32,000 nt of DNA, taken from contig NC_010085.1 in NCBI RefSeq assembly GCF_000018465.1, forward strand, positions 570,001-602,000, given 5' to 3'. Below are positions 9,023 through 17,296 of the stretch, in pieces. The position numbers were made by a program, and so were the translations under genes. The stretch's first letter is position 1. Every line of letters begins with the position of its first letter. Source of the DNA: Nitrosopumilus maritimus SCM1 (lineage in GTDB: Archaea; Thermoproteota; Nitrososphaeria; Nitrososphaerales; Nitrosopumilaceae). Under the pieces are notes generated by a model. That model was not told where the DNA came from. It did not search any database and saw only the letters and a program-made list of their open reading frames with translations.

Positions 9023-9685
9023 ATGAATAAGAAAGGCGTGATTATAGGCGTCGTTGCTATTGCAATAATTGCCGGTGTAGCTGCATCTTTGTCTGCTACT
9101 CCTGCTGAAACTGTAAATCTGGATATGACTAGAACTCATGGAACTATCTCAACTGCTATGGGCTCTCCAATCTTGGGTGATCCCAATGCTCCAATAACTA
9201 TTGTTGAATTCGGTGATTATCAATGTCATCAATGTTACAACTGGTTCCATAACACAAAACCTACTATAACTCGTGATTATATTGACACTGGAAAAGCAAA
9301 CTTGGTTTTTGTTGACATGGCATTCTTGGGACGAGACTCTAGTCCTGCAGCTCAAGCAACTTACTGTGCTGAAGATCAGGGAATGTATTGGGAATACCAT
9401 GACATGTTGTATAACGCACAAGAATCCAAAATTGATGGTGGTTGGGCTAACAATGAAAGACTAAAGGCTTTTGCATTTTCAATGGGATTGGATATGGAAT
9501 TGTTTGAAAGTTGTCTTGACTCTGGAAAGTATTCTAAACGTGTTCAATACAATACACAACAAGCAAGAGACCACAATGTACGAGGTACTCCTGGATTCTT
9601 TATTGTAGGTCCTGATGGACAACAACAGATTGGCGGTGCACAACCATTTTCAGTCTTTAAACAAGTTCTGGATCCAATGGTATAG
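9023..9685 (+). CDS. DsbA/thioredoxin-fold family protein, secreted or membrane-anchored, CHQC active-site motif
   Basis: 220 aa; N-terminal hydrophobic anchor, 'PITIVEFGDYQCHQCYNWFHNT', 'YCAEDQGMYWEYHDMLY', 'GTPGFFIVGPDGQQ' cis-Pro region. Confidence 0.88.
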   Translation: MNKKGVIIGVVAIAIIAGVAASLSATPAETVNLDMTRTHGTISTAMGSPILGDPNAPITIVEFGDYQCHQCYNWFHNTKPTITRDYIDTGKANLVFVDMAFLGRDSSPAAQATYCAEDQGMYWEYHDMLYNAQESKIDGGWANNERLKAFAFSMGLDMELFESCLDSGKYSKRVQYNTQQARDHNVRGTPGFFIVGPDGQQQIGGAQPFSVFKQVLDPMV

Positions 9686-10165
9686 ATGACAAACACAATC
9701 ACGTTTGTCTTTTCAAATCCAAAATACATCATACTTTCTTTTGCAATATTTGTTCCAATGTTAATTGGGTTACTGATATTATCTGAGTATATTTTCTTAG
9801 AACCTTATGTTGTAAGTCATCTGCCAACTGGTACTGAATTTGGTTTTGCACTTATTGTGGCAATTTCAGCACTCTCTGCATTAGTTTTGCCAATGAATGT
9901 TTTTAGAATTAACGTGTTGAAAAGCTCAACACGGAAAATGGGTAGTAGTGTTATTGGCTCTTTTGTTGGAGCAGCAGCCGGGGCATGTAGTTGTGGCCCA
10001 ATTGGTTTTGCTGTAATCTCTACATTTGGGTCTGTTGGGGCAACAGCAACCGCATTTTTAACAAATTATGAAATACCTTTGAGAATAATTGCAATTGGTG
10101 TTTTAGTGATCACCTACTTTACAACAGTAAAATCCCTAAAAACTGAATGTAAATTTGATCCTTGA
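9686..10165 (+). CDS. Multi-pass membrane protein with CSC motif (159 aa)
   Basis: ATG immediately follows the TAG of 9023-9685; about four hydrophobic segments; 'GACSCGPIGFAVISTFGSVG'. Confidence 0.8.
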   Translation: MTNTITFVFSNPKYIILSFAIFVPMLIGLLILSEYIFLEPYVVSHLPTGTEFGFALIVAISALSALVLPMNVFRINVLKSSTRKMGSSVIGSFVGAAAGACSCGPIGFAVISTFGSVGATATAFLTNYEIPLRIIAIGVLVITYFTTVKSLKTECKFDP

Positions 10166-10175
10166 TTTTGATTCA

Positions 10176-10337
10176 CTAGAAATTACCATTTAGGCAAACG
10201 TTTTCGACCTTAGGATGTATCTTAAAGTCTAATGTATTGTCTGTGTGACATTCATCTATGTTCCAATTAGGCCAAGTAGGAGAGATCCAGACGCCGATGA
10301 AATCGAAGATGCTGAAGATTAGCATCTTTTTTCCCAT
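10176..10337 (-). CDS. Possible small protein (53 aa)
   Basis: Frame read by hand from the reverse complement: MGKKMLIFSIFDFIGVWISPTWPNWNIDECHTDNTLDFKIHPKVENVCLNGNF*. Occupies most of the gap between 10165 and 10411. Confidence 0.35.
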   Translation of the reverse strand: MGKKMLIFSIFDFIGVWISPTWPNWNIDECHTDNTLDFKIHPKVENVCLNGNF

Positions 10338-10380
10338 TTGATTGTGAATAAATGAATTCAGAGAATTTTCAAAGTCGAGC

Positions 10381-10389
10381 TATTTATTT
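10381..10389 (+). promoter_or_regulatory. Putative TATA box upstream of 10411
   Basis: TATTTATTT about 26 nt upstream of ATG 10411, leaderless spacing. Confidence 0.4.
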
Positions 10390-10410
10390 GCCTTTTTCAA
10401 GTTTAACGTA

Positions 10411-11352
10411 ATGCAAAATTTGAATTTGATTGCTGGAATTTTGATAATTGCAAGTCCAATTCTATTTTCAATGATCGCATATCCTGATTCTGTAGCTTGG
10501 AGCTGGAATGAGGGCAGAGGTGGATATCTCTTTGCACTTGTTTTTGTTGTCGCAGAACTTGTTGGTCTAAAGATTGTAATTTCAAAAAAACGATTACTTG
10601 CAGTAATCCCTATTGCACTGCTAACTATCTCCTATCTTATATCATTAGAGTATGGCCTGCGAGATTACATTGTTGAATCTGCAGAACAATTTGATGTTCA
10701 ACTAATCTATTCGTGGACATGGATGTGGGATTTTGTTGTTATGGCAATATTCATTGTTGTTGCACTGTCTATCTTCTTTGGTAAGAGATGGATTAGAATT
10801 GCACCTGCAGGACCTATCTTCTTAACTGGTACTGCAATTATTTTGTCACTTGATGCATTCTTCCCATATGATACATTAGGTCCTCTGCAATACATCGTTC
10901 CATATTTTGTACAAGCAAATGTTTGGGTAATCACAGCACTTGAACTTGGTACTGCTGTTGCAAGAGATAATGTCATGTTCTTACGTGGAGATCATGGTTC
11001 AATGGCACTACAAGTATTCTGGCCCTCTGCTGGCGTTCACAGTATTATCATCTTCTCCCTAGTAATTGGTGCGTTCATGCTAAAGATGAACATTCCTAGA
11101 GCAAGAAAATCCATGTATTTTGTTTTAGGAATCATTGGAACCATTACTGTAAACTTGATTAGAATATTTTCTCTATCTTGGTATGCCCTCAAAGTCACAA
11201 CTGACCCTGTGGCATGGGAGGAATATCACAAGATTGCAGGTGAAATCATGTTTCTGCCATGGCTATTTGCGTTCATCTTGGTAGTCATATTAATAGAATC
11301 TAGGCGCCTCAAAAAACAAGAAGAACGAGATGGAACTAAAAATAACTCGTGA
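10411..11352 (+). CDS. Archaeosortase/exosortase-family membrane protein with Ser at the usual Cys position
   Basis: 313 aa, many TM helices; 'VFWPSAGVHSIIIFSLVIGAF' corresponds to the exosortase (A)CSG motif region, followed by 'IGTITVNLIRIFSLSWY' (N..R motif) and 'YHKIAGEIMFLPW' (His motif). Confidence 0.75.
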   Translation: MQNLNLIAGILIIASPILFSMIAYPDSVAWSWNEGRGGYLFALVFVVAELVGLKIVISKKRLLAVIPIALLTISYLISLEYGLRDYIVESAEQFDVQLIYSWTWMWDFVVMAIFIVVALSIFFGKRWIRIAPAGPIFLTGTAIILSLDAFFPYDTLGPLQYIVPYFVQANVWVITALELGTAVARDNVMFLRGDHGSMALQVFWPSAGVHSIIIFSLVIGAFMLKMNIPRARKSMYFVLGIIGTITVNLIRIFSLSWYALKVTTDPVAWEEYHKIAGEIMFLPWLFAFILVVILIESRRLKKQEERDGTKNNS

Positions 11353-12430
11353 TATCTCTTTGTCCTTGACTTTCTGAAAGCTCTGAGACTTTGACTCCCA
11401 AGCGTCTAATAGTTGCTGTTTGATTTTCAAGGGCTTCTCTTAGTAATTGTTCAACTGTTTTTTCTAATTCCTCCAAACTCATAGTAGGGTTTCTCAGCAT
11501 TTTTGATTTTGTTTTGTTTGATAAATCTGATTGAACAAAACTTATTCCAACTGATTTGAACATTTGATTTTTTTTTTGGATTATTTCATGAACTTCTTTA
11601 CATAATTCTAATGTGTTCTCTAAAAGAAACTCATAATCTTTTGAATCTTTTTTTAGGGTCACAATTTTTCCATGTTGAATACTGGGTTCTCTTTCTTTTA
11701 CTAGTTCATCGTCAATTCCTCTTACTGCATTGTAAATGTAAGTTCCACTTTTTCTCCCAAACTCTTTATTCAAAGTAAAGACATCAAGTCTCTTTACATC
11801 TCCAATTGTCTCTAAATTCATTTCTGTAAACCTTTGTTCTGTTTTCTTTCCAATTCCTGGAATGTCTCGTATTTTTAGTGACTCTAAAAACCCTTCAACT
11901 TTTTCAGGAGACACAATTGTTAATCCATCAGGTTTTTGAAAGTCTGATGCAATTTTTGAAATTAATTTATTTGGGGAAATTCCTATTGAACAACTCAGTT
12001 TTGTTTTCTCTCTTATGGAATTTTTAATTTGTTGAGCCAAGTGACTTGCTTTATGAAAATCCCCCTCTGTTCTTTTTGTTACATCCAAGTATGCTTCGTC
12101 TCTTCCTACATATTCAAAAACATCTGAAAACTCTTCCATGATTTTCATTGCTTTTTCAGACATTTCAGAGTAATAATCAAAATCTACAGGCAGAAAAACT
12201 GCATCTTTTCTCTCTTCTAATCTTTTTTTTGCAAATACTATTGGTATTCCAGACTTTGCACCATATTTTCTTGCAGTATAGTTTGCAGTTGCAATTGCTC
12301 CACTATCTCCACCTCTATCTGAAAATACACATACGCAAACTGGTTTTGATTTTAATTCTGGTGATCTTATCTCTTCACACTGGGCGTAAAAATAGTCAAA
12401 ATCAATGTGGAAAACGATTCTTGTTTCCAA
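11336..12430 (-). CDS. dinB: Y-family DNA polymerase IV (Dpo4/DinB-like) with C-terminal PIP box
   Basis: 364 aa, TTG start; 'IDFDYFYAQCEEI', 'SCSIGISPNKLISKIASDFQKPDGLTIV', 'IPGIGKKTEQRF'; C-terminal 'QRDITSYF' fits the QxxhxxYF PCNA-interaction motif. Confidence 0.93.
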   Translation of the reverse strand: METRIVFHIDFDYFYAQCEEIRSPELKSKPVCVCVFSDRGGDSGAIATANYTARKYGAKSGIPIVFAKKRLEERKDAVFLPVDFDYYSEMSEKAMKIMEEFSDVFEYVGRDEAYLDVTKRTEGDFHKASHLAQQIKNSIREKTKLSCSIGISPNKLISKIASDFQKPDGLTIVSPEKVEGFLESLKIRDIPGIGKKTEQRFTEMNLETIGDVKRLDVFTLNKEFGRKSGTYIYNAVRGIDDELVKEREPSIQHGKIVTLKKDSKDYEFLLENTLELCKEVHEIIQKKNQMFKSVGISFVQSDLSNKTKSKMLRNPTMSLEELEKTVEQLLREALENQTATIRRLGVKVSELSESQGQRDITSYF

Positions 12431-12502
12431 TACTGTTAGATGAACTTTAGATTATTACAATATTGTGTATTCATCTAAATACTCAATCTAATCACTACTT
12501 TC

Positions 12503-12754
12503 ATGGATGATTATCCTGTATCTGTTGATGAAAACGGTGTGAAGATAAAACCTGAAAAAATGGAAACAGAAAAACTCTATCATTGTATTTTCAAAGAAAA
12601 AGCAATGTTAGTTTTCAAAGATTCTCAAGACGTAATGAACTGTTATGAGATTGAAGAAAAAGATCTTGTTGAAAAAATCAAGAAAATCAACAATGATGAC
12701 GATCTAGAAAAATTATTTGATGAATATCTTAAAGGTCAAGACCTGAATAATTAA
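12503..12754 (+). CDS. Small acidic hypothetical protein (83 aa)
   Basis: Complete ORF, codon usage consistent with neighbours; no family recognised. Confidence 0.65.
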   Translation: MDDYPVSVDENGVKIKPEKMETEKLYHCIFKEKAMLVFKDSQDVMNCYEIEEKDLVEKIKKINNDDDLEKLFDEYLKGQDLNN

Positions 12755-12795
12755 ATAAAAGCGAGAGAGAATTTTGTTATTAAAGGAATAACGAA

Positions 12796-13518
12796 TTGAG
12801 TAATAACAAAAAATCAAAAGACGCAGAAGATATTTTATCAGAATTTGACTCTAGGAATAAATCAGAACCAGAACCAACACCTGAACCAGAACCAACACCT
12901 GAACCAGAACCAACACCTGAACCAGAACCAACACCTGAACCAGAACCAACACCTGAACCAGAACCAACACCTGAACCAGAACCAACACCTGAACCAGAAC
13001 CAACACCTGAACCAGAACCAACACCTGAACCAGAACCAACACCTGAACCAGAACCAACACCTGAACCAGAACCAACACCTGAACCAGAACCAACACCTGA
13101 ACCAGAACCAACACCTGAACCAGAACCAACACCTGAACCAGAACCAACACCTGAACCAGAACCAACACCTGAACCAGAACCAACACCTGAACCAGAACCA
13201 ACACCTGAAACTCCTTCTGACAAAACAGAAACTTCTAAACCTGCAGAAGAACGTGATGTGATTTTTGTTGGTACAAAACCTATCATGACTTATGTTTCTG
13301 CAACTTTAACACAACTTTCAACAAGACAAACTGTTACCATAAAAGCTAGAGGTAAAAGAATAACTCAAGCTGTAGATGTATCTCAAATGATTGTGAAAAG
13401 AATGGACTCTGTAGGCTATGTGATTAGTGATGTGAGAATTTCATCTGATTCACTAACTTCTCAAGATGGTAAGCAACGAAATGTCTCTACCATGGAAATT
13501 GATATCTCAAAAGAATAA
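12796..13518 (+). CDS. albA: Alba-family DNA/RNA-binding protein with N-terminal (EPEPTP)19 extension
   Basis: TTG start; residues 24-137 are EPEPTP repeats; C-terminal about 90 aa '[85 protein letters not shown]' matches Alba (KPxMNYV, IKARGxxIxxAVD, SQDGxxRxVSTxEI). Confidence 0.9.
   Translation: MSNNKKSKDAEDILSEFDSRNKSEPEPTPEPEPTPEPEPTPEPEPTPEPEPTPEPEPTPEPEPTPEPEPTPEPEPTPEPEPTPEPEPTPEPEPTPEPEPTPEPEPTPEPEPTPEPEPTPEPEPTPEPEPTPEPEPTPETPSDKTETSKPAEERDVIFVGTKPIMTYVSATLTQLSTRQTVTIKARGKRITQAVDVSQMIVKRMDSVGYVISDVRISSDSLTSQDGKQRNVSTMEIDISKE
12865..13206 (+). repeat. Tandem repeat: 19 perfect copies of 18-nt unit GAACCAGAACCAACACCT
   Basis: Counted directly: 342 nt = 19 x 18 with no mismatch, in frame within the Alba-family gene. 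Confidence 0.97.
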
Positions 13519-13738
13519 ATTCAAAATCCCTCTGATAATACTAAGTGGAATTTTAATCTCAGTACTTGTAATATTTTCTTCAAATTCTTCTTGTGGTATT
13601 CAACATATGACAATTTTAAATGAAATTAATTTTTATCAAGACACACTTGATCCAGAATTTTGTGAAGTAATTGTTGAAAAAATTGATTTGTTTAATGATT
13701 CATGTGAGCCTTACGTAGAAATTCTTGATTGTGGTTAA
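13466..13738 (+). CDS. Small membrane-anchored or secreted hypothetical protein; true start uncertain
   Basis: Hydrophobic segment '[26 protein letters not shown]', four Cys in the mature part. The track start overlaps the alba 3' end by 53 nt, so a downstream in-frame start is possible. Confidence 0.55.
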   Translation: MVSNEMSLPWKLISQKNKFKIPLIILSGILISVLVIFSSNSSCGIQHMTILNEINFYQDTLDPEFCEVIVEKIDLFNDSCEPYVEILDCG

Positions 13739-14355
13739 TACTTTATTTCTTGCAAAAACGTAATTCCAAAATAAATCAACATTCCACTTAACCCTATCAT
13801 CAATATTTTGTAATTTTTGTTTGAAAGAATTTTTACACTCTTTGATGCCAAAAATGAAATTCCTCCAAGCCATGCAAAATCCATCCAAATATGTAATCCA
13901 AACATGATTAGCATGCCTGAAAATGCCCATATCATCATGGCATCTGAAATTAGCTTGAATCCTATAGTTAACCACCAAATAATGAAAAATGGATTTAGTC
14001 CACTTAACAAAACTCCTGTAATTAACGCTCCTTGTTTTGGATTTGTAATTGAAAGTTCTTTTTCTTTGAGAACTGTTCTAATTTGTAATGCTGCAAAGAC
14101 AAAAAGCGTTATTGCACCTAAAATTGAAATGATTGTCCTAAACTCTGGAAAACTTTCTAATGAAAAAACACCAATTCCTAACAATATCACTAATGGTAAT
14201 TCTACAATTGCATGGCCTGTAGCCATTTTAACGCCTGATTTTGCACCTTCTCTTAATCCATATGATATGTTTGCTGCAAAAAGAGGCCCTGGTGCCATTA
14301 CTCCTGATGCAGAGATGACTATTACTAGTACTGCAAATTCAAAGAATTGTTCCAT
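13735..14355 (-). CDS. LysE/RhtB-family translocator
   Basis: 206 aa; 'VMAPGPLFAANISYGLREGAKSGVKMATGHAIVELPLV' LysE-type N-terminus and multiple TM helices. Confidence 0.85.
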   Translation of the reverse strand: MEQFFEFAVLVIVISASGVMAPGPLFAANISYGLREGAKSGVKMATGHAIVELPLVILLGIGVFSLESFPEFRTIISILGAITLFVFAALQIRTVLKEKELSITNPKQGALITGVLLSGLNPFFIIWWLTIGFKLISDAMMIWAFSGMLIMFGLHIWMDFAWLGGISFLASKSVKILSNKNYKILMIGLSGMLIYFGITFLQEIKY

Positions 14356-14406
14356 CTAATTCAATTTTCATTATTTTGATTATGAAATAAACATAATCAA
14401 TAGAAC

Positions 14407-15120
14407 TTACATGTACATAGAATCTTTTAGATGCTTAGATTCTTCTTCAGCTTCTTTGATAACTGTTTCAGCTTTTTCTGCTTCTTTTTGTAATGCAGAA
14501 ATATCACATGATGATCCTGGAATTAACTTCGATATTGCCATACATAACTTAGCACTTGATTTAAAATCAGGACCTTCCCCATTTGTATGAAAAATAATTA
14601 CAATTACATCTTGTCCTGTTATGCTTGCTACATTTAACAACGTTCCAGGAATTCCTGGTACTGTTCCAAATTCTAAAACTTTTAACCCTGCACTTCTTAT
14701 TTTTTCTCGTGCAGAATCTGTACTGCCAATTCCAATCAACTCTTCATTTTCATTAGGTGATTTTACTGCAATACTGCTTACAACTAATCCAATTTTGTGT
14801 TTTTGTGCCCAATTAAGCATTGTTTTGGCTGTAACTTTGTGTAATGATTGATCAAGTGTTAGATATGATAAAAAGACACTTACCTTTGATTCTTCATTTA
14901 CAAAAATTCTTGATGGGTAGTTTGGTTTTCCATCTTTAATTACACTAATTGGTGGAAATATGTCTGAGTCAATAATTCCTGCTAGTTTAAATTTCGATGT
15001 GTGCACCATTGATTCTGATGCAATTGCACTGCTAAAACCTGCTGATGGAAATCCGTCAATAAGATATCCTCCTTCTAGATTAAGTGGTTTGAATTCTTTA
15101 ATTCTTATTTTTGGGTACAT
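14407..15120 (-). CDS. PAC2 family protein (proteasome assembly chaperone-like)
   Basis: 237 aa; 'GGYLIDGFPSAGFSSAIASESMVH', 'GTVPGIPGTLLNVAS' typical of archaeal PAC2 proteins. Confidence 0.85.
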   Translation of the reverse strand: MYPKIRIKEFKPLNLEGGYLIDGFPSAGFSSAIASESMVHTSKFKLAGIIDSDIFPPISVIKDGKPNYPSRIFVNEESKVSVFLSYLTLDQSLHKVTAKTMLNWAQKHKIGLVVSSIAVKSPNENEELIGIGSTDSAREKIRSAGLKVLEFGTVPGIPGTLLNVASITGQDVIVIIFHTNGEGPDFKSSAKLCMAISKLIPGSSCDISALQKEAEKAETVIKEAEEESKHLKDSMYM

Positions 15121-15156
15121 GGTTATTTTTTGTTTTTATTAGATAATAGGTTTTGT

Positions 15157-16098
15157 CTAACTTTGTAATTTTGTTACTAGTGCTGCGTAGATAAATGGTA
15201 AGATCGTCGTAACTTCTGCATGTAATGTTGATTGTTTTGCTTTTTGTGTAACTTTGCCCCATGAAATTGCTTCTCTAACTAATGCTCCACTAAGACTGCC
15301 ATCAAACTCTTGTGCAGTTGTAATGTAAAATGCATAGTCTAATCCCTCTCTGTATTGGTTCCACCATAAAGTATGATGCTTTGAAATTCCCCCTCCAATC
15401 ATAAATGCTCCTGATTTTTCTGCTTTGAAAATATATCCTGAAAGTAAATCTGCATCTCCTGCCATGTTTAATTTAAAATCATTATGTTTTTGTGTGAATA
15501 ACCAAATTTGACTTCCTACTGCTCCATCCATAATTCCTGGAACTACAACACTGATGTGGTTTTTGTATGCCCAATAAAGAAATGAATCTTCTCCCAAATG
15601 TTTTCCAATCATTTTACAAATTTCTGCAGTAGTCATCTCTTTGACTCCGTTTTGATATTCTTCTTCTAAGAATGTCTGCATCTTTTCTTCAATTAGTGGT
15701 CCATAACTGTCCATAGGCACAAGTACATTGCCTAATCTGTGGATATCTTGGTCTGCAAGTTCATTATCATCCATTGTAAATGATCCTTCTTTGTAATGTG
15801 AAAAGTGTCTTGCAATATCATGATCTAATGCACCACAAGTTGTTATTGCAACATCAAACCATTTGTTTTTGAGCATGTCTTTTAGAATCCCTCTTAATCC
15901 TGTAGATACTACTGCCCCCACAAACGAGATGAATTTGAGACATTGTTTGTCCGAAATCATTTCAGATAAAATATCAACACCTGTTGATAGATTTACTGAT
16001 TCAAATCCTCCTGACTGAGATAATTCTTGAAATATTTTTTCAATAGATGTGTTTGAATCAATCTCTATGTCTTTTACTGGACGGCCTGGATCAACCAT
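15157..16098 (-). CDS. dys: Deoxyhypusine synthase family protein
   Basis: 313 aa; 'TCGALDHDIARHF', 'GSQIWLFTQKHNDFKLN', 'MIGGGISKHHTLWWNQYREGLDYAFYITTAQEFDGSLSGA' (conserved catalytic Lys region). Confidence 0.88.
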   Translation of the reverse strand: MVDPGRPVKDIEIDSNTSIEKIFQELSQSGGFESVNLSTGVDILSEMISDKQCLKFISFVGAVVSTGLRGILKDMLKNKWFDVAITTCGALDHDIARHFSHYKEGSFTMDDNELADQDIHRLGNVLVPMDSYGPLIEEKMQTFLEEEYQNGVKEMTTAEICKMIGKHLGEDSFLYWAYKNHISVVVPGIMDGAVGSQIWLFTQKHNDFKLNMAGDADLLSGYIFKAEKSGAFMIGGGISKHHTLWWNQYREGLDYAFYITTAQEFDGSLSGALVREAISWGKVTQKAKQSTLHAEVTTILPFIYAALVTKLQS

Positions 16099-16170
16099 GT
16101 TCTAATTCGATGGAGTCAAGTATAAAATTCTGCCTTAACTTTGAATTATTTTTCAATTATCTAAGAAAAC

Positions 16171-16176
16171 TTTAAA
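16171..16176 (+). promoter_or_regulatory. Putative TATA box for leaderless transcript of 16202-17296
   Basis: 'aaaactttaaaccc' with TTTAAA about 26-30 nt upstream of ATG 16202. Confidence 0.5.
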
Positions 16177-16201
16177 CCCGCCCAATATCACCACTCTTCG
16201 A

Positions 16202-17296
16202 ATGACAGGAAGAATCAAAGTCGGATTAGTAGGAATTGGAAACTGCTTTTCAGGACTTATTCAAGGAATTGAATACTATAGAAAAAACCCTTCTCAAGAA
16301 GTAATTGGAATTATTCACGATAAATTAGCAGGATATGGAATTCATGATATTGACTTTGTATGTGGATTTGATGTTGGAGAAAACAAAGTTGGAAAACTAA
16401 TCAATGAAGCAATTTATGAATACCCAAACATGGTAGACTGGATTCCAAAAGATGAAATGCCAAAAACTGATGGCAAAGTATTCGAGAGTCCAGTTTTAGA
16501 TGGTGTTGGATTGTGGGTTGAAAACAGAGTAAAACCAATCAAAAGTGCAAAAACTGATGATGAAATTGCAGAAGAAGCAAAGAAAATCATCAAAGAGACT
16601 GGTGCTGAAATTATTGTATCATATTTACCTGTGGGTTCAGATAAAGTCACTCAATTCTGGGCTCAAGTTTGTCTTGATACTAATACTGCTTTTGTAAACT
16701 GTATTCCTTCATTTATTGCATCAGATCCTGAATGGGCAAAAAAATTTGAAGAGAAGAACATCCCTTGTATTGGTGATGATATCAAAGGTCAAGTTGGAGC
16801 AACTATTGTGCATAGAACATTAGCAAAACTCTGTAATGACAGAGGAACTAAAATTGAAAAAACATACCAAATCAATGTAGGCGGAAACACTGATTTCTTA
16901 AACATGAAAGAACAAGAGAGACTAGTCTCCAAGAAAATTTCTAAAACTGAAAGTGTACAGAGTCAACTTGATGAACGACTAGATGATGATCAAATCTATG
17001 TTGGGCCTTCTGACTTTATTCCATTTTTAGGTAACACCAAACTCATGTTTATGAGAATTGAAGGTCGTCAATGGGCAAATATTCCTTACAACATGGAGGT
17101 TCGTTTAGATGTTGATGACAAGGCAAACTCTGCAGGTATTGTAATTGATGCAATTCGACTTGCAAAGATTGCACTTGATAGAGGAGTTGGTGGACCAATC
17201 AAACCTGCAAGTGCATATCTGATGAAACACCCAATTGAACAAACTTCTGATGTTGCTGCAAAGACTGCATGTGAAAAGTTTGTAGCTGGCGAATAA
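16202..17296 (+). CDS. ino1: Myo-inositol-1-phosphate synthase (inositol-3-phosphate synthase)
   Basis: 364 aa; 'VGLVGIGNCFSGLIQGIEYY', 'CIPSFIASDPEWAKKFEEKNIPCIGDDIKGQVGATIVHR', 'NVGGNTDFLNM' diagnostic of the MIPS family. Confidence 0.92.
   Translation: MTGRIKVGLVGIGNCFSGLIQGIEYYRKNPSQEVIGIIHDKLAGYGIHDIDFVCGFDVGENKVGKLINEAIYEYPNMVDWIPKDEMPKTDGKVFESPVLDGVGLWVENRVKPIKSAKTDDEIAEEAKKIIKETGAEIIVSYLPVGSDKVTQFWAQVCLDTNTAFVNCIPSFIASDPEWAKKFEEKNIPCIGDDIKGQVGATIVHRTLAKLCNDRGTKIEKTYQINVGGNTDFLNMKEQERLVSKKISKTESVQSQLDERLDDDQIYVGPSDFIPFLGNTKLMFMRIEGRQWANIPYNMEVRLDVDDKANSAGIVIDAIRLAKIALDRGVGGPIKPASAYLMKHPIEQTSDVAAKTACEKFVAGE

Noticed and set aside
12865-13206. Possible CRISPR array
   Set aside because: Units are directly abutting 18-mers with no unique spacers and no cas genes nearby; it is a coding tandem repeat.
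12865-13206. PEP-CTERM/archaeosortase substrate link suggested by 'PEP' strings near the archaeosortase-like gene
   Set aside because: The PEP strings are N-terminal to an Alba domain with no signal peptide, no C-terminal TM and no basic tail, so they are not a sorting signal.
12780-13286. 168-aa minus-strand ORF (GSGSGV repeats) and the 'NQNQHL' / 'LVLVQV' frames on both strands
   Set aside because: All are by-products of an 18-nt period that lacks stops in several frames; only the +1 frame from 12796 continues into a recognisable Alba domain.
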